Assembly: GCA_963737655.1 (NCBI GenBank)
Contig: CAVTTN010000002.1
Coordinates: 2,912,001-2,976,000 of the forward strand
DNA: 64,000 bases
Source: an uncultured Planctomycetota bacterium
GTDB taxonomy: Bacteria; Planctomycetota; Planctomycetia; Isosphaerales; Isosphaeraceae
Reading direction: 5' to 3'
This document shows positions 19,506 through 28,263 of this stretch, piece by piece; the first letter of the stretch is position 1, and every line of letters begins with the position of its first letter. The notes below the pieces were generated by a model, which made no database searches, was not told the DNA's origin, and worked only from the letters and a program-made list of their open reading frames with translations. The translations under genes and the position numbers were made by a program.

Positions 19506-20552
19506 TCACGGCCCCGAGACGGTCGCCCCTCCGCAACTGGAGCCTTTCCCGGCCGTGCAGCCGAAGCAATGCCGACCCGTGGCGATCTCCCGGCCGATCG
19601 GCGTCCCTGACGTGAGGTCGGCGACGTGCCTCGGGGCGTCCCCGGTCGGGGGCAGCTCCAGCATCGCGTTGAAGTCGCAGTCGAAGATCCGGCCGTCCCA
19701 GCCGACGGAGAGCATCGACCGGCACATCAGCCCCTCGACGGCCCTCGGGTTGAACGCGCCGACGAGCCGCTCCATGTACTCCTCGACCTGACCGGTCCTC
19801 GCCAGGAACTCCAGGAATCGGTTGATCGGCATGTTCGCCAGGACGAACAGGCGATTGAACACCAATTCGTGGCGACGCGCCAGCTCGCGGCGGAATTCCG
19901 GCTCGATCGCCGCCTGATCGGGCGCGAGGAACGCGCCCACGGGGTTGTCCACGAGGTTCAAAACCAGACCCGACCCCTCCCGGCCGTAGCCGAGCTGATT
20001 CAGGCGGCGGATCGCCTCCACCGAGGCCTCGAACACGCCGTCTCCTCGTTGCGAGTCGGTCGGCCGGGCGAGGTAGGACGGCAGGGACGCCACGACCTCG
20101 ACCCGGTGGGCGGCGAGGAACTCGGGCAGGTCGGCGAACCGGCCGACGGTCAGGATCGTCAGGTTGCAGCGATCGAGGACCCTCCGGCCCATCGCCGAGA
20201 GCCGCGCCACCAGCCACCGGAACTCGGGGTTCATCTCCGGGGCCCCGCCCGTCAGGTCGACCGTCGGGACCCCGAGGGCCTCGACCGCATCCAGGCATCG
20301 CTCCATCGTCTCGCGAGTCATGACCTCGACGCGATCCGGGCCCGCATCAACGTGACAGTGCTTGCACGTCTGATTGCACATCTTGCCCAGATTCATTTGA
20401 AGGACGTCGATGCGATCGGCGCGAAGCGGCGCAAGTCCGTGGCGGGCCAGGGTCTCGGCGAAGGCGGCCCCCTTGCCCCGGGACTCGATCATCCGCGTCT
20501 GGGTCTCGACGATGGCCAGGGGATGCCCCCGGCCGGCGAGGCTTCGAGTCAT
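19506..20552 (-). CDS. arsS: arsenosugar biosynthesis radical SAM protein ArsS-like (DUF3641)
   Basis: CNQTCKHC (CxxxCxxC), DLTGGAPEMNP, VASLP, QRG.GVF, LMCR..LSV.WDG..FDCDFN, HCFGCTAGKGSSCGG. Confidence 0.88.
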   Translation of the reverse strand: MTRSLAGRGHPLAIVETQTRMIESRGKGAAFAETLARHGLAPLRADRIDVLQMNLGKMCNQTCKHCHVDAGPDRVEVMTRETMERCLDAVEALGVPTVDLTGGAPEMNPEFRWLVARLSAMGRRVLDRCNLTILTVGRFADLPEFLAAHRVEVVASLPSYLARPTDSQRGDGVFEASVEAIRRLNQLGYGREGSGLVLNLVDNPVGAFLAPDQAAIEPEFRRELARRHELVFNRLFVLANMPINRFLEFLARTGQVEEYMERLVGAFNPRAVEGLMCRSMLSVGWDGRIFDCDFNAMLELPPTGDAPRHVADLTSGTPIGREIATGRHCFGCTAGKGSSCGGATVSGP

Positions 20553-20609
20553 CGGCGCGTCCTCGCGTGGTCCTGGGGCCACATCCTGATCTCTGACGTG
20601 GGTTTGGAC

Positions 20610-20637
20610 TTGACGTTCACGGGTCCCTGGATATGCT
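20610..20637 (+). promoter_or_regulatory. putative sigma70 promoter for the 20762 gene
   Basis: TTGACG-N16-TATGCT. Confidence 0.5.
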
Positions 20638-20761
20638 TGGCATCGGCGGCGACCCACGCGATCGCCGCCCTCCCGCCGCAGCAGGGCATCGCCGCCCTCT
20701 TCCGAGTCCGAGAGCTGACATGCCCCATCCCGGGGCATTCTCTGGTGAGACGGAGGGGACC

Positions 20762-21052
20762 ATGGACCGCATGGAACATTTCCGCGGCCGGCTCTGGGCC
20801 GGCGATGAAGTGCTCATGGATCACGTCGAGGGCCATCTCAAGACCAAGGCCAAGCCGAACAGCCCCAACGGCGAGTGGACCGGCCACTTCGTCTTCCCCG
20901 CCGAGATCCGCCCGAGGTTCGAGGACGGTGCGCGGTATCGCCTCGTCCTGATCGACGGTCGGAGCGGACACATCCACCTCCTGATCCACGAGGCCCAGGA
21001 GGAGGACGGCCCCCAGGCCCAGTTCCACGGGACCGGCACCGCCCGCCGCTGA
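20762..21052 (+). CDS. hypothetical protein (96 aa)
   Basis: GGAGGG RBS before ATG 20762 and strong GC3 codon bias. Confidence 0.7.
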   Translation: MDRMEHFRGRLWAGDEVLMDHVEGHLKTKAKPNSPNGEWTGHFVFPAEIRPRFEDGARYRLVLIDGRSGHIHLLIHEAQEEDGPQAQFHGTGTARR

Positions 21053-21075
21053 TCCCGTCTCAGCCCGGTCGAAAA

Positions 21076-21408
21076 TCACATGGACAGGCGATCGACGATC
21101 GCCTTCATCTGGACCCCATGCGCCAGGGTCGCCCCGGCGCGGATGGCCGAGGCCACGTGGACGGCCTCGGTCATCTGCTCCAGGTCCGAGCCGCGTTCCA
21201 GGCTGGTTCGCGTGTAGACATCGATGCAATACGGGCACTGCAAGGCGTGAGAGACCGCCAGGGCGATCAGGGCCTTCTCGCGAGGCGAGAGCGCGCCGTC
21301 CTCGAACACCTCGGCGTAATAGGCCTGGAACTTCTCCCACAACCCCGGGGCGCCGAGCGAGAGGTCGGCGAGCTTCGGCAGGTCCTCGGTCTGGTAGTAC
21401 GACGCCAT
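21076..21408 (-). CDS. AhpD/CMD-like peroxidase-related protein (arsS-associated type)
   Basis: YY..EDL.K, GALSPREKALIALAVSHALQCPYCID, EAVHVASAIRAGATLAHGVQM. Confidence 0.88.
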   Translation of the reverse strand: MASYYQTEDLPKLADLSLGAPGLWEKFQAYYAEVFEDGALSPREKALIALAVSHALQCPYCIDVYTRTSLERGSDLEQMTEAVHVASAIRAGATLAHGVQMKAIVDRLSM

Positions 21409-21491
21409 GGCGGGCCTCTCCGATTCGGGTCGAGTCGAGTCGATCGGTCGTCCGATGCCGAGGGATGTTGTAGGCGGCGATCGGCCGGCGA

Positions 21492-22814
21492 TCAGGCCGG
21501 GGGGGCCGGGGCCATCGGCTCGACCCGGAGGCGGCGGACCCTCGTCGGGTCGGCCTGGGTGACGACCAGGCGATGGCCGTCCACTTCCACGCTGTCCCCC
21601 TCGCGGGCGAGCCGGCCGAGGAGGTCCAGGACGAGCCCGCCGGCCGTCTCGGCGTCGGTCTCGGGGAGCTCCACGCCCACGGCGTCGGCCATCACGTCCA
21701 GCGGGCACGACGCGTCCACCACGAACGCGCCGTCGCCCAGGGGCTCGATCGGCGGCGTCTCGCGGTCGAATTCGTCCTGGATCGGCCCGACCAGCTCCTC
21801 CAGGACGTTTTCGAGGCTGACCATGCCCACCACGCTCCCATACTCGTCCAGGAGCATGGCGAGATGGACGCGGTTCCTCTGGAACTCGATCAGGAGGGCG
21901 TCGAGGTGGAGCGTCTCGGGCAGGAACGGCACTTTCCTCGCGACCTTGCGGAGGTCGGGCCTCCCGCCGTTGGCGCCTCCGGCGCGGAAGAGGTCCTTGA
22001 CGTGGATCATCCCCACCACCGTGGTCAGGTCGTCCTCGCAGAGGGGAAATCGCGTGTGGCCGGCGGTCCGGGCGATCCTCAGGTTGTCTTCCAGGGGCCG
22101 GGAGAGGCTCAAATAGACGATGTCGGGCCGGGGGACCATGATCCGTCGGGCGGTCTTCTCCTCCAGGTTCAGCACGTTCTCGATCATGACCCGCTCGGTC
22201 CGGGACAGGTGGCCGCCGGCCACGCTCTCGGCGACGATGTGCCGCAATTCCTCTTCGGTGTGGGCCAGCTCGACGTGATCCGTCGCGCCCAGGCCGATCA
22301 GCCGCAGAGTCAGGTGGCTCGCGCTGTTGAGCAGGTAGATCAACGGCCAGAACAGCCAGCAAAACCCCACGAGGACCGGGGCCGTCCACAGCGCGATCGG
22401 CTTGGCGGAGCGGATCGCCAGGCTCTTCGGGGCCTGCTCGCCCAGGGCCATGTGGAGGAACGTGACCAGGGACAGCGAGAGCACGGGGACCAACGTGATC
22501 GTCACGCCCGCGACGGGCCATCGCAGGTCGGGGAAGCCCCAGCGATGGAGGATCCCGTGGATCGCCGGGTCGAGCGTCGAATCGATCGCCTTGCCCAGGG
22601 CGAGGCTGGCGACGGTGATCCCCAGCTGCGACGCCGAGAGGTAGGCGTCGAGCTGGCCGAGGACTTTCTGGGTGACCTTCGCCGCCCAGTGGCCTTCCTC
22701 GGCGAGCTGGTCGATCTGGGCGATCCGCACCTTGACCAGGGCGAACTCGGCGGCGACGAAGAATCCGTTGACGAACACCAACCCGGCGATCACGAAGAAC
22801 GGCACAAGGCCCAT
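21492..22814 (-). CDS. HlyC/CorC family hemolysin-like protein (CNNM-CBS-CorC)
   Basis: Motifs NGFFVAAEFALV, SQLGIT, GEQAPKS, IMVPR, HTRFP, DEYG, ELVGPIQDEFD. Confidence 0.92.
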   Translation of the reverse strand: MGLVPFFVIAGLVFVNGFFVAAEFALVKVRIAQIDQLAEEGHWAAKVTQKVLGQLDAYLSASQLGITVASLALGKAIDSTLDPAIHGILHRWGFPDLRWPVAGVTITLVPVLSLSLVTFLHMALGEQAPKSLAIRSAKPIALWTAPVLVGFCWLFWPLIYLLNSASHLTLRLIGLGATDHVELAHTEEELRHIVAESVAGGHLSRTERVMIENVLNLEEKTARRIMVPRPDIVYLSLSRPLEDNLRIARTAGHTRFPLCEDDLTTVVGMIHVKDLFRAGGANGGRPDLRKVARKVPFLPETLHLDALLIEFQRNRVHLAMLLDEYGSVVGMVSLENVLEELVGPIQDEFDRETPPIEPLGDGAFVVDASCPLDVMADAVGVELPETDAETAGGLVLDLLGRLAREGDSVEVDGHRLVVTQADPTRVRRLRVEPMAPAPPA

Positions 22815-23184
22815 GGCAGGAGCGGCTCGGCGCGGTGGAGGCCGGTCGGCCTCGGGGGCAAGACGCCCGGGAGGCCCCACGGCCCGAACGATGCGGCCGA
22901 TCATTGTATCCGCTCGGCCGCGATTTCGCACGGGGGAGCTTTCGGCGGTCGAGCCGCGAGGGTGCCCCCGAGGCGGCCGGGCGGGCCTCACGCTCGAACT
23001 GAAAATCCGCGCCAGGCGGAAGTCAAGGCGCGGCCCGGCTCGGCCCCGCCACCCCGGCCGATGCGGGGCGGGCCCGGAGTCGAGGGCGACAGCTCAGACA
23101 CCCGACGGTTGCCGAGGACGGGCCGGATCGTCTAGAATCCCGGTCCAAATCCTCGCCCGAAGCCGCCTCGCCCCGAGGACCCCG

Positions 23185-24291
23185 ATGCCTGAATCGGCCC
23201 TGCTCCGCACGTCGCTTCATGACTGGCATTCCCGCCACGGGGGCCGCCTCGTCGAGTTCGGCGGGTGGTCCATGCCCGTCCAGTATTCGACGATCACCGA
23301 GGAGCATCAGGCCGTCCGAGGGCGCGTGGGGCTGTTCGACATCGGCCACATGGGCCGGCTTCGGTTCGAGGGCCCGGGCGCCCTGGATTGGCTGGAATTC
23401 GCCACCACCAATCACGTCGCCAGGCTGACGCCCGGACAGATCCAGTACAGCCTGCTCGTGGACGACTCCGGCGGGGTCCTCGACGACATCCTCGTCTATC
23501 GCCTGGTCGAGCCCGAGACGTATGGGGTCGTCTGCAACGCCTCGAACCGCGAGAAGGTCGTCGCCCGGTTCGAGGCCCTGAAGGGCGGCCACGACGCCTT
23601 CCTCGACGACATGACGCTTCAGACCGGGATGATCGCCGTCCAGGGCCCGAAGGCGCTGGAGGCGGTCTCGCGGGTGGTCCGCGGCGAGTTCCCCGCCCTG
23701 GCGTATTACCACCACGACGGGGGCGAGTACGCCGGCCACTCGGTCTCGGTCAGCCGGACGGGCTACACCGGCGAGGACGGCTTCGAGGTGATCGTCGCGG
23801 GCGACGACGCCGAGAAGCTCTGGATCGAGCTCCTCGCCTCCAACGCGGACCTCGGCATCCTCCCGTGCGGCCTCGGCGCCCGCGACACCCTGCGGTTCGA
23901 GGCGGCCATGCCGCTGTACGGCCACGAGATGGACGAGGCCGTCAACCCCTATGCCGCCGGGCTCGGCTGGGCCGTGAAGCTGAACAAGGGCGACTTCGCC
24001 GGCCGGGACGCGCTGAAGGCGTGGAAGAAGGCGCCCGGACGCGTGAGGATCGGCCTGGCCCTGGAGGGCAAGCGGGCCGCCCGCCAGGGCTGCCCCGTCC
24101 TCCTCGACGGCAAGGACGTCGGCCGGGTCACGTCCGGGACGTTCTCCCCGACCCTGGGCAAGCCCCTGGCGATGGCCCTCGTCGAGCCGACGGCCGCCCG
24201 GGACGGGCTGCGCCTGACCCTGGACGTTCGCGGCCACGAGGAACCCGCCCGAGTCGTCCCCCTGCCCTTCTACCGGCGAGCCGGACACTGA
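23185..24291 (+). CDS. gcvT: glycine cleavage system T protein
   Basis: Motifs FGGWSMPVQY, GLFDIGHMG, SRTGYTGEDGFE, GLGARDTLRFEA, VTSGTFSPTL. Confidence 0.96.
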   Translation: MPESALLRTSLHDWHSRHGGRLVEFGGWSMPVQYSTITEEHQAVRGRVGLFDIGHMGRLRFEGPGALDWLEFATTNHVARLTPGQIQYSLLVDDSGGVLDDILVYRLVEPETYGVVCNASNREKVVARFEALKGGHDAFLDDMTLQTGMIAVQGPKALEAVSRVVRGEFPALAYYHHDGGEYAGHSVSVSRTGYTGEDGFEVIVAGDDAEKLWIELLASNADLGILPCGLGARDTLRFEAAMPLYGHEMDEAVNPYAAGLGWAVKLNKGDFAGRDALKAWKKAPGRVRIGLALEGKRAARQGCPVLLDGKDVGRVTSGTFSPTLGKPLAMALVEPTAARDGLRLTLDVRGHEEPARVVPLPFYRRAGH

Positions 24292-24317
24292 TCAAGAACG
24301 CCCCGAGGATCGCGACC

Positions 24318-24704
24318 ATGATCGACCCCAAGACCCTCAAGTTCACGCCCTCCCACGAATGGGTCCACCTCGACGGCGACACCGCCACCGTGGGCCTCTC
24401 CCGGTTCGCCGTGGACCAGCTCACCGACCTGATCCACATCGACCTGCCGAAGGTCGGGGCCAAGCTCACGCCGGGCAAGAGCTTCGGCGAGATCGAGAGC
24501 GTGAAGTCGGCCAACGACCTGTACGCGCCGGTCGGCGGCGAGGTCATCGAGGTCAACCCGGCCGTCCTCGCCGATCTCCAGGTCCTCAACGAAGATCCCT
24601 ACACCAAAGGGTGGCTGGTGAAGCTCAAGGTCAGCTCGCCGGACCTCTCCGGCCTGCTCGATCACGACGACTATCAGCAGAAGGTGGCCGACTCGGGGCA
24701 TTGA
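24318..24704 (+). CDS. gcvH: glycine cleavage system H protein
   Basis: Motifs SHEWV, GEIESVKSANDLYAPV (lipoyl Lys), DPYTKGWL. Confidence 0.95.
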   Translation: MIDPKTLKFTPSHEWVHLDGDTATVGLSRFAVDQLTDLIHIDLPKVGAKLTPGKSFGEIESVKSANDLYAPVGGEVIEVNPAVLADLQVLNEDPYTKGWLVKLKVSSPDLSGLLDHDDYQQKVADSGH

Positions 24705-24719
24705 GCCGACGAGTCCCTC

Positions 24720-25333
24720 ATGGAGTTCCGCGATTTCACCCTGGAATCCGTAGAAAACGCCCTCGGGATCGCGATCGGCGAAGCCGACCCCTTCCCCGAG
24801 CTCGGGCCCTCGCCGATCCCGGCGTGGCTGATGGCCCAGCCGCGCGCGGGACTCGCCTGGCTTTGCTCAGTGAGAAATCCCGGAGCGAGTTCCTCGTGGC
24901 GCCGATCCTCCTGGCCGCCCGCGAGTTGTCGGGCGATCGGCTGGCCATCTTCTCGGGGCAGACGCTCGACGCCGACCCGTCTCGGGGGCTGGTCGGCGAG
25001 TGCGATTTCCTCCTGGCCCTGGGCCCTTCGGTCCCTCCTCTCCGCGCCCCGATCGCGACCATCCTCGAGGCGAAGCAGAACGACGTCGAAGCCGGCCTCG
25101 GCCCGTGCATCGCGCAGGCCGAGGCCGCTCGCTGGTTCAACGAGCAGGCCGGGCGTCCCCCGGGGCCGGTCTATGGATGCGTGACCACGGGCGAGACCTG
25201 GCAGGCCGTCCGCCTCCTGGATCGGGCCGCGCTCCTGGACACCCGGCGGTATTACCTCGACGACGTCGGCCGCATCCTCGCGTTGATCCTGGCCATCGTG
25301 CGGGATGCCGAAGTCGCTCACCCGAGCAACTGA
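24720..25333 (+). CDS. conserved hypothetical protein, PD-(D/E)XK-like; frameshift near 24840
   Basis: Motifs SEKSRSEFLVAPIL, GLVGECDFLL, ILEAK, QAEAA, YGCVTTGETW, spread over two frames. Confidence 0.7.
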
Positions 25334-25460
25334 CCTAGCCGATCGCGGGGGTCGGCGCGTAAACTTCTCTGCGACGGAGGCCCTCGCCCGCCCGCGACGG
25401 GCCCCCGGCCCTCGGTCCGCCTCGGACCCGGGCCGATCGCTCTTTGGCACGGGACCCCCG

Positions 25461-26810
25461 ATGGCCTACATCCTCAACACGCCCGACGACGTGCGCGCGA
25501 TGCTCGCCGCGGTGGGCCTGGACTCGCTCGACGCCCTGTTCGACCTGATCCCCCCCGAATTCCGGCTCAAACGGCCGCTGGACATCCCGCCGGCGCTCTC
25601 CGAGATGGAGCTGACCGGCCACCTCGGGGCGCTCGCCTCGAAGAACGTCGGCACGGACCTCCGCCCCTGCTTCCTCGGCGGGGGGGCCTACGATCACTTC
25701 GTCCCGGCCGTCGTCGACGCCCTGGCCGGTCGGGGCGAGTTCTTCACCGCCTACACCCCCTACCAGGCCGAGGCCAGCCAGGGGACGTTGCAGGCCACGT
25801 TCGAGTATCAGACGCTCGTGGCCGAGCTCACCGGGATGGACGTCTCCAACGCCAGTCTTTATGACGGCGGATCGGCCGTGGCCGAGGCCGTCTTGATGGC
25901 CATGAGCGCCTCGGGCCGGACCGGCCGCGTGGTGATCGCCGGGACGGTCCACCCCGAATATCACCGGATCGTCCGGACGATCCTCGCGAACCTCGAACCC
26001 GAGGTCGTGACCGTCCCCGCCCGCAACGGCTCGGTCTCGGCCGACGACCTGGCCTCCGCCGTCACGGACGACACCTGCGCCGTGGTCGTCCAGTATCCGA
26101 ACTTCTTCGGCGGCCTGGAAGACGTCGAGGCGCTCGTGAAGGCGGCCCAGGACAAGGGCGCCCTGGCGATCGTCAGCGTCGATCCGATCAGCCTGGGCCT
26201 GCTCCGCCGTCCGGGCGATTATGGCGCGGATATCGTGGTGGCCGAAGGCCAGGGGCTGGGCAACTACCTCGCCTATGGAGGCCCGTACCTCGGCATCATG
26301 GCCTGCCGGCAGGCGTTCGTCCGCAAGATGCCGGGCCGGATCGTCGGCCAGACCACCGACCGCCACGGCAAGCGCTGCTGGGTCCTGACCCTCCAGACCC
26401 GCGAGCAGCACATCCGCCGCGAGAAGGCCACCTCGAACATCTGCACCAATCAGGGATTGCTGGCGCTCCGGGCCAGCATCTATCTCGCGGTGATGGGTCC
26501 GAAGGGCCTCCGGCAAGCCGCCGAGCTCTCGACGAGGAAGGCCCACTACGCGGCCCAGAAGCTCGCCGAGGTCCCCGGCCTGTCGCTCGCGTTCGACGTC
26601 CCGTTCTTCAAGGAGTTCGCCCTCCGCTCGAAGAAGGACCCGGTCGCCGTGCTCAAGGAGGTCGGCCGGCTCGGCTACCACGGAGGAATCGCCCTGGGCC
26701 AGTTCGACCCCACGATGGCCGACCTGATCCTCGTGGCCGTGACCGAAAAGCGGAGCAAGAGCGAGATCGACGGCCTCGCCGACGCCTACCGCCAGGCCAT
26801 GTCGCTCTGA
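25461..26810 (+). CDS. gcvPA: glycine dehydrogenase subunit 1
   Basis: Motifs FLGGGAYDH, TAYTPYQAEASQG, NASLYDG, LQTREQHIRREKATSNICTN. Confidence 0.96.
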   Translation: MAYILNTPDDVRAMLAAVGLDSLDALFDLIPPEFRLKRPLDIPPALSEMELTGHLGALASKNVGTDLRPCFLGGGAYDHFVPAVVDALAGRGEFFTAYTPYQAEASQGTLQATFEYQTLVAELTGMDVSNASLYDGGSAVAEAVLMAMSASGRTGRVVIAGTVHPEYHRIVRTILANLEPEVVTVPARNGSVSADDLASAVTDDTCAVVVQYPNFFGGLEDVEALVKAAQDKGALAIVSVDPISLGLLRRPGDYGADIVVAEGQGLGNYLAYGGPYLGIMACRQAFVRKMPGRIVGQTTDRHGKRCWVLTLQTREQHIRREKATSNICTNQGLLALRASIYLAVMGPKGLRQAAELSTRKAHYAAQKLAEVPGLSLAFDVPFFKEFALRSKKDPVAVLKEVGRLGYHGGIALGQFDPTMADLILVAVTEKRSKSEIDGLADAYRQAMSL

Positions 26811-26831
26811 ACCGAGGGGAGACATCGCATC

Positions 26832-27386
26832 ATGAGCACGACCACACGACTCATGACCGCCGACGAGTTCCTCGTCCTGCCAAGAATCGACGGCATCCGG
26901 CTAGAGTCGGTTCGAGGGGAAGTCCGCACGAGGTCGCTGCCCGGAGAAGAACACGGTGACGTGGCGATGGCCTTCGGTTCGCTCCTGTACAACCACGTGA
27001 AGGCGAATGGTCTCGGCAGGGTTTACGCGGGCGGGACCGGTTTCTTCGTCGAACGCGACCCGGATACCCTGGACGGCCCCGACGTCTCGTTCGTGCGAAC
27101 CGAACGCCTCGCCTTGATCGTCGATCGGCCGAACTACATCCCATTCGCGCCGGACCTGGCCGTCGAGGTGGCCTCGCCGAGCGACCGCCCCTCGGAGATC
27201 GCCGAGAAGACCGCCCGATGGCTCGCGGCCGGGACGAGGATCGTCTGGAACCTCGACCCCCGGACCCAAACGGCCGCCGTCCATCGACCCGGCTCGCCGC
27301 CGACCGTCCTCTCGGCCGAGGATTCCCTGGACGGGGCGGAGGTCGTCGCCGGATTTCGGTGTCGGGTCGGCGACCTGTTCGAATGA
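26832..27386 (+). CDS. Uma2 family endonuclease
   Basis: Motifs LMTADEF, PDVSFV, APDLAVEVASPSD, L.G..VV.GF...V.DLF. Confidence 0.9.
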   Translation: MSTTTRLMTADEFLVLPRIDGIRLESVRGEVRTRSLPGEEHGDVAMAFGSLLYNHVKANGLGRVYAGGTGFFVERDPDTLDGPDVSFVRTERLALIVDRPNYIPFAPDLAVEVASPSDRPSEIAEKTARWLAAGTRIVWNLDPRTQTAAVHRPGSPPTVLSAEDSLDGAEVVAGFRCRVGDLFE

Positions 27387-27395
27387 AAGGGCCGA

Positions 27396-27983
27396 ATGTT
27401 CGAGGAAGGCCGTCCGATCGTGATCGTCCTGGCCGGGCCCAATGGCGCGGGGAAGTCCACCGCCGCGGCCAGGTTGCTTCGTCCTGGGATCGTTTTCGTG
27501 AATGCGGATGAGGTCGCCAAGAAATTGGCGGGATATCCCTCTCGGGCCGTGGATCTCCAGGCCGGTCGGCTCGTTCTGGAGCAGATGGAGGCCCTGGACG
27601 AATCTGGCGAGTCGTTCGCCGTGGAGACGACGCTTGCGACACGCTCGATGGCTCCAAGGCTGGCCCGACTCCGGTCCCTCGGGTATCGAGTTCGTCTCGT
27701 CTTCGTCTATCTCCCCGATCCCGAACTCGCGATCGAGCGGGTTGCTCGACGGGTGAGACTCGGCGGCCACCACATCCCCGAGGAGACGATCCGAAGACGT
27801 CATGCCGCCGGAATTCGCAACTTCTTCGAACTCTACCAATTCCTGGCCGACCGATGGACGGTGTACGATACGACCAGGGAGAGCCGGCCCCATGTGATCG
27901 CGCCCGGGAGACTCTCGACCGTCGATCGTGTTCGGAACCCAGCTCTCCGGGACCGCATGAGGGGAGGGATTGGACATGAATGA
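27396..27983 (+). CDS. zeta-toxin-like P-loop kinase/ATPase (COG4185-like)
   Basis: Motifs LAGPNGAGKST, FVNADE, FAVETTL, RVARRVRLGGHHIP. Confidence 0.88.
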   Translation: MFEEGRPIVIVLAGPNGAGKSTAAARLLRPGIVFVNADEVAKKLAGYPSRAVDLQAGRLVLEQMEALDESGESFAVETTLATRSMAPRLARLRSLGYRVRLVFVYLPDPELAIERVARRVRLGGHHIPEETIRRRHAAGIRNFFELYQFLADRWTVYDTTRESRPHVIAPGRLSTVDRVRNPALRDRMRGGIGHE

Positions 27984-28212
27984 CCCGACACAAGGCGTCC
28001 TCGAGGACTGGGACTCCTCCGACGACGAGGTGGCCGACGCCATGACCCGAGCGATCGGCGACGCCCTCCGCGTTCACAAGAATGAAGGTGTCTCGATCGC
28101 CGTTTGGGACTGGGTCCACGATCGGGTGAAAATCATCCCCCCCGAGGAGATCGCGATCTCCGAGGCCGACACGATCGAGTCGCCGACGGAGCTCGGCCGG
28201 ACCCGATCCTGA
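27976..28212 (+). CDS. small acidic hypothetical protein, partner of the zeta-like ATPase
   Basis: Overlaps the upstream stop; pattern A..RAI.DALR.HK..GVSIAVW....VKIIPPEEI. Confidence 0.65.
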   Translation: MNDPTQGVLEDWDSSDDEVADAMTRAIGDALRVHKNEGVSIAVWDWVHDRVKIIPPEEIAISEADTIESPTELGRTRS

Positions 28213-28263
28213 GGACTCCAGGACGGAGCCGCCCGCCGCCCCCTTTTGGGAACCCATGAACCC

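Noticed and set aside
19506..19560. selenocysteine recoding in arsS
   Set aside because: The relevant position is a Cys codon (GSSCGG) and there is no in-frame TGA.
22815..23184. glycine riboswitch upstream of gcvT
   Set aside because: No GGAGA...CCGAAG...CTCTCAGG signature is visible; an Rfam scan would settle it.
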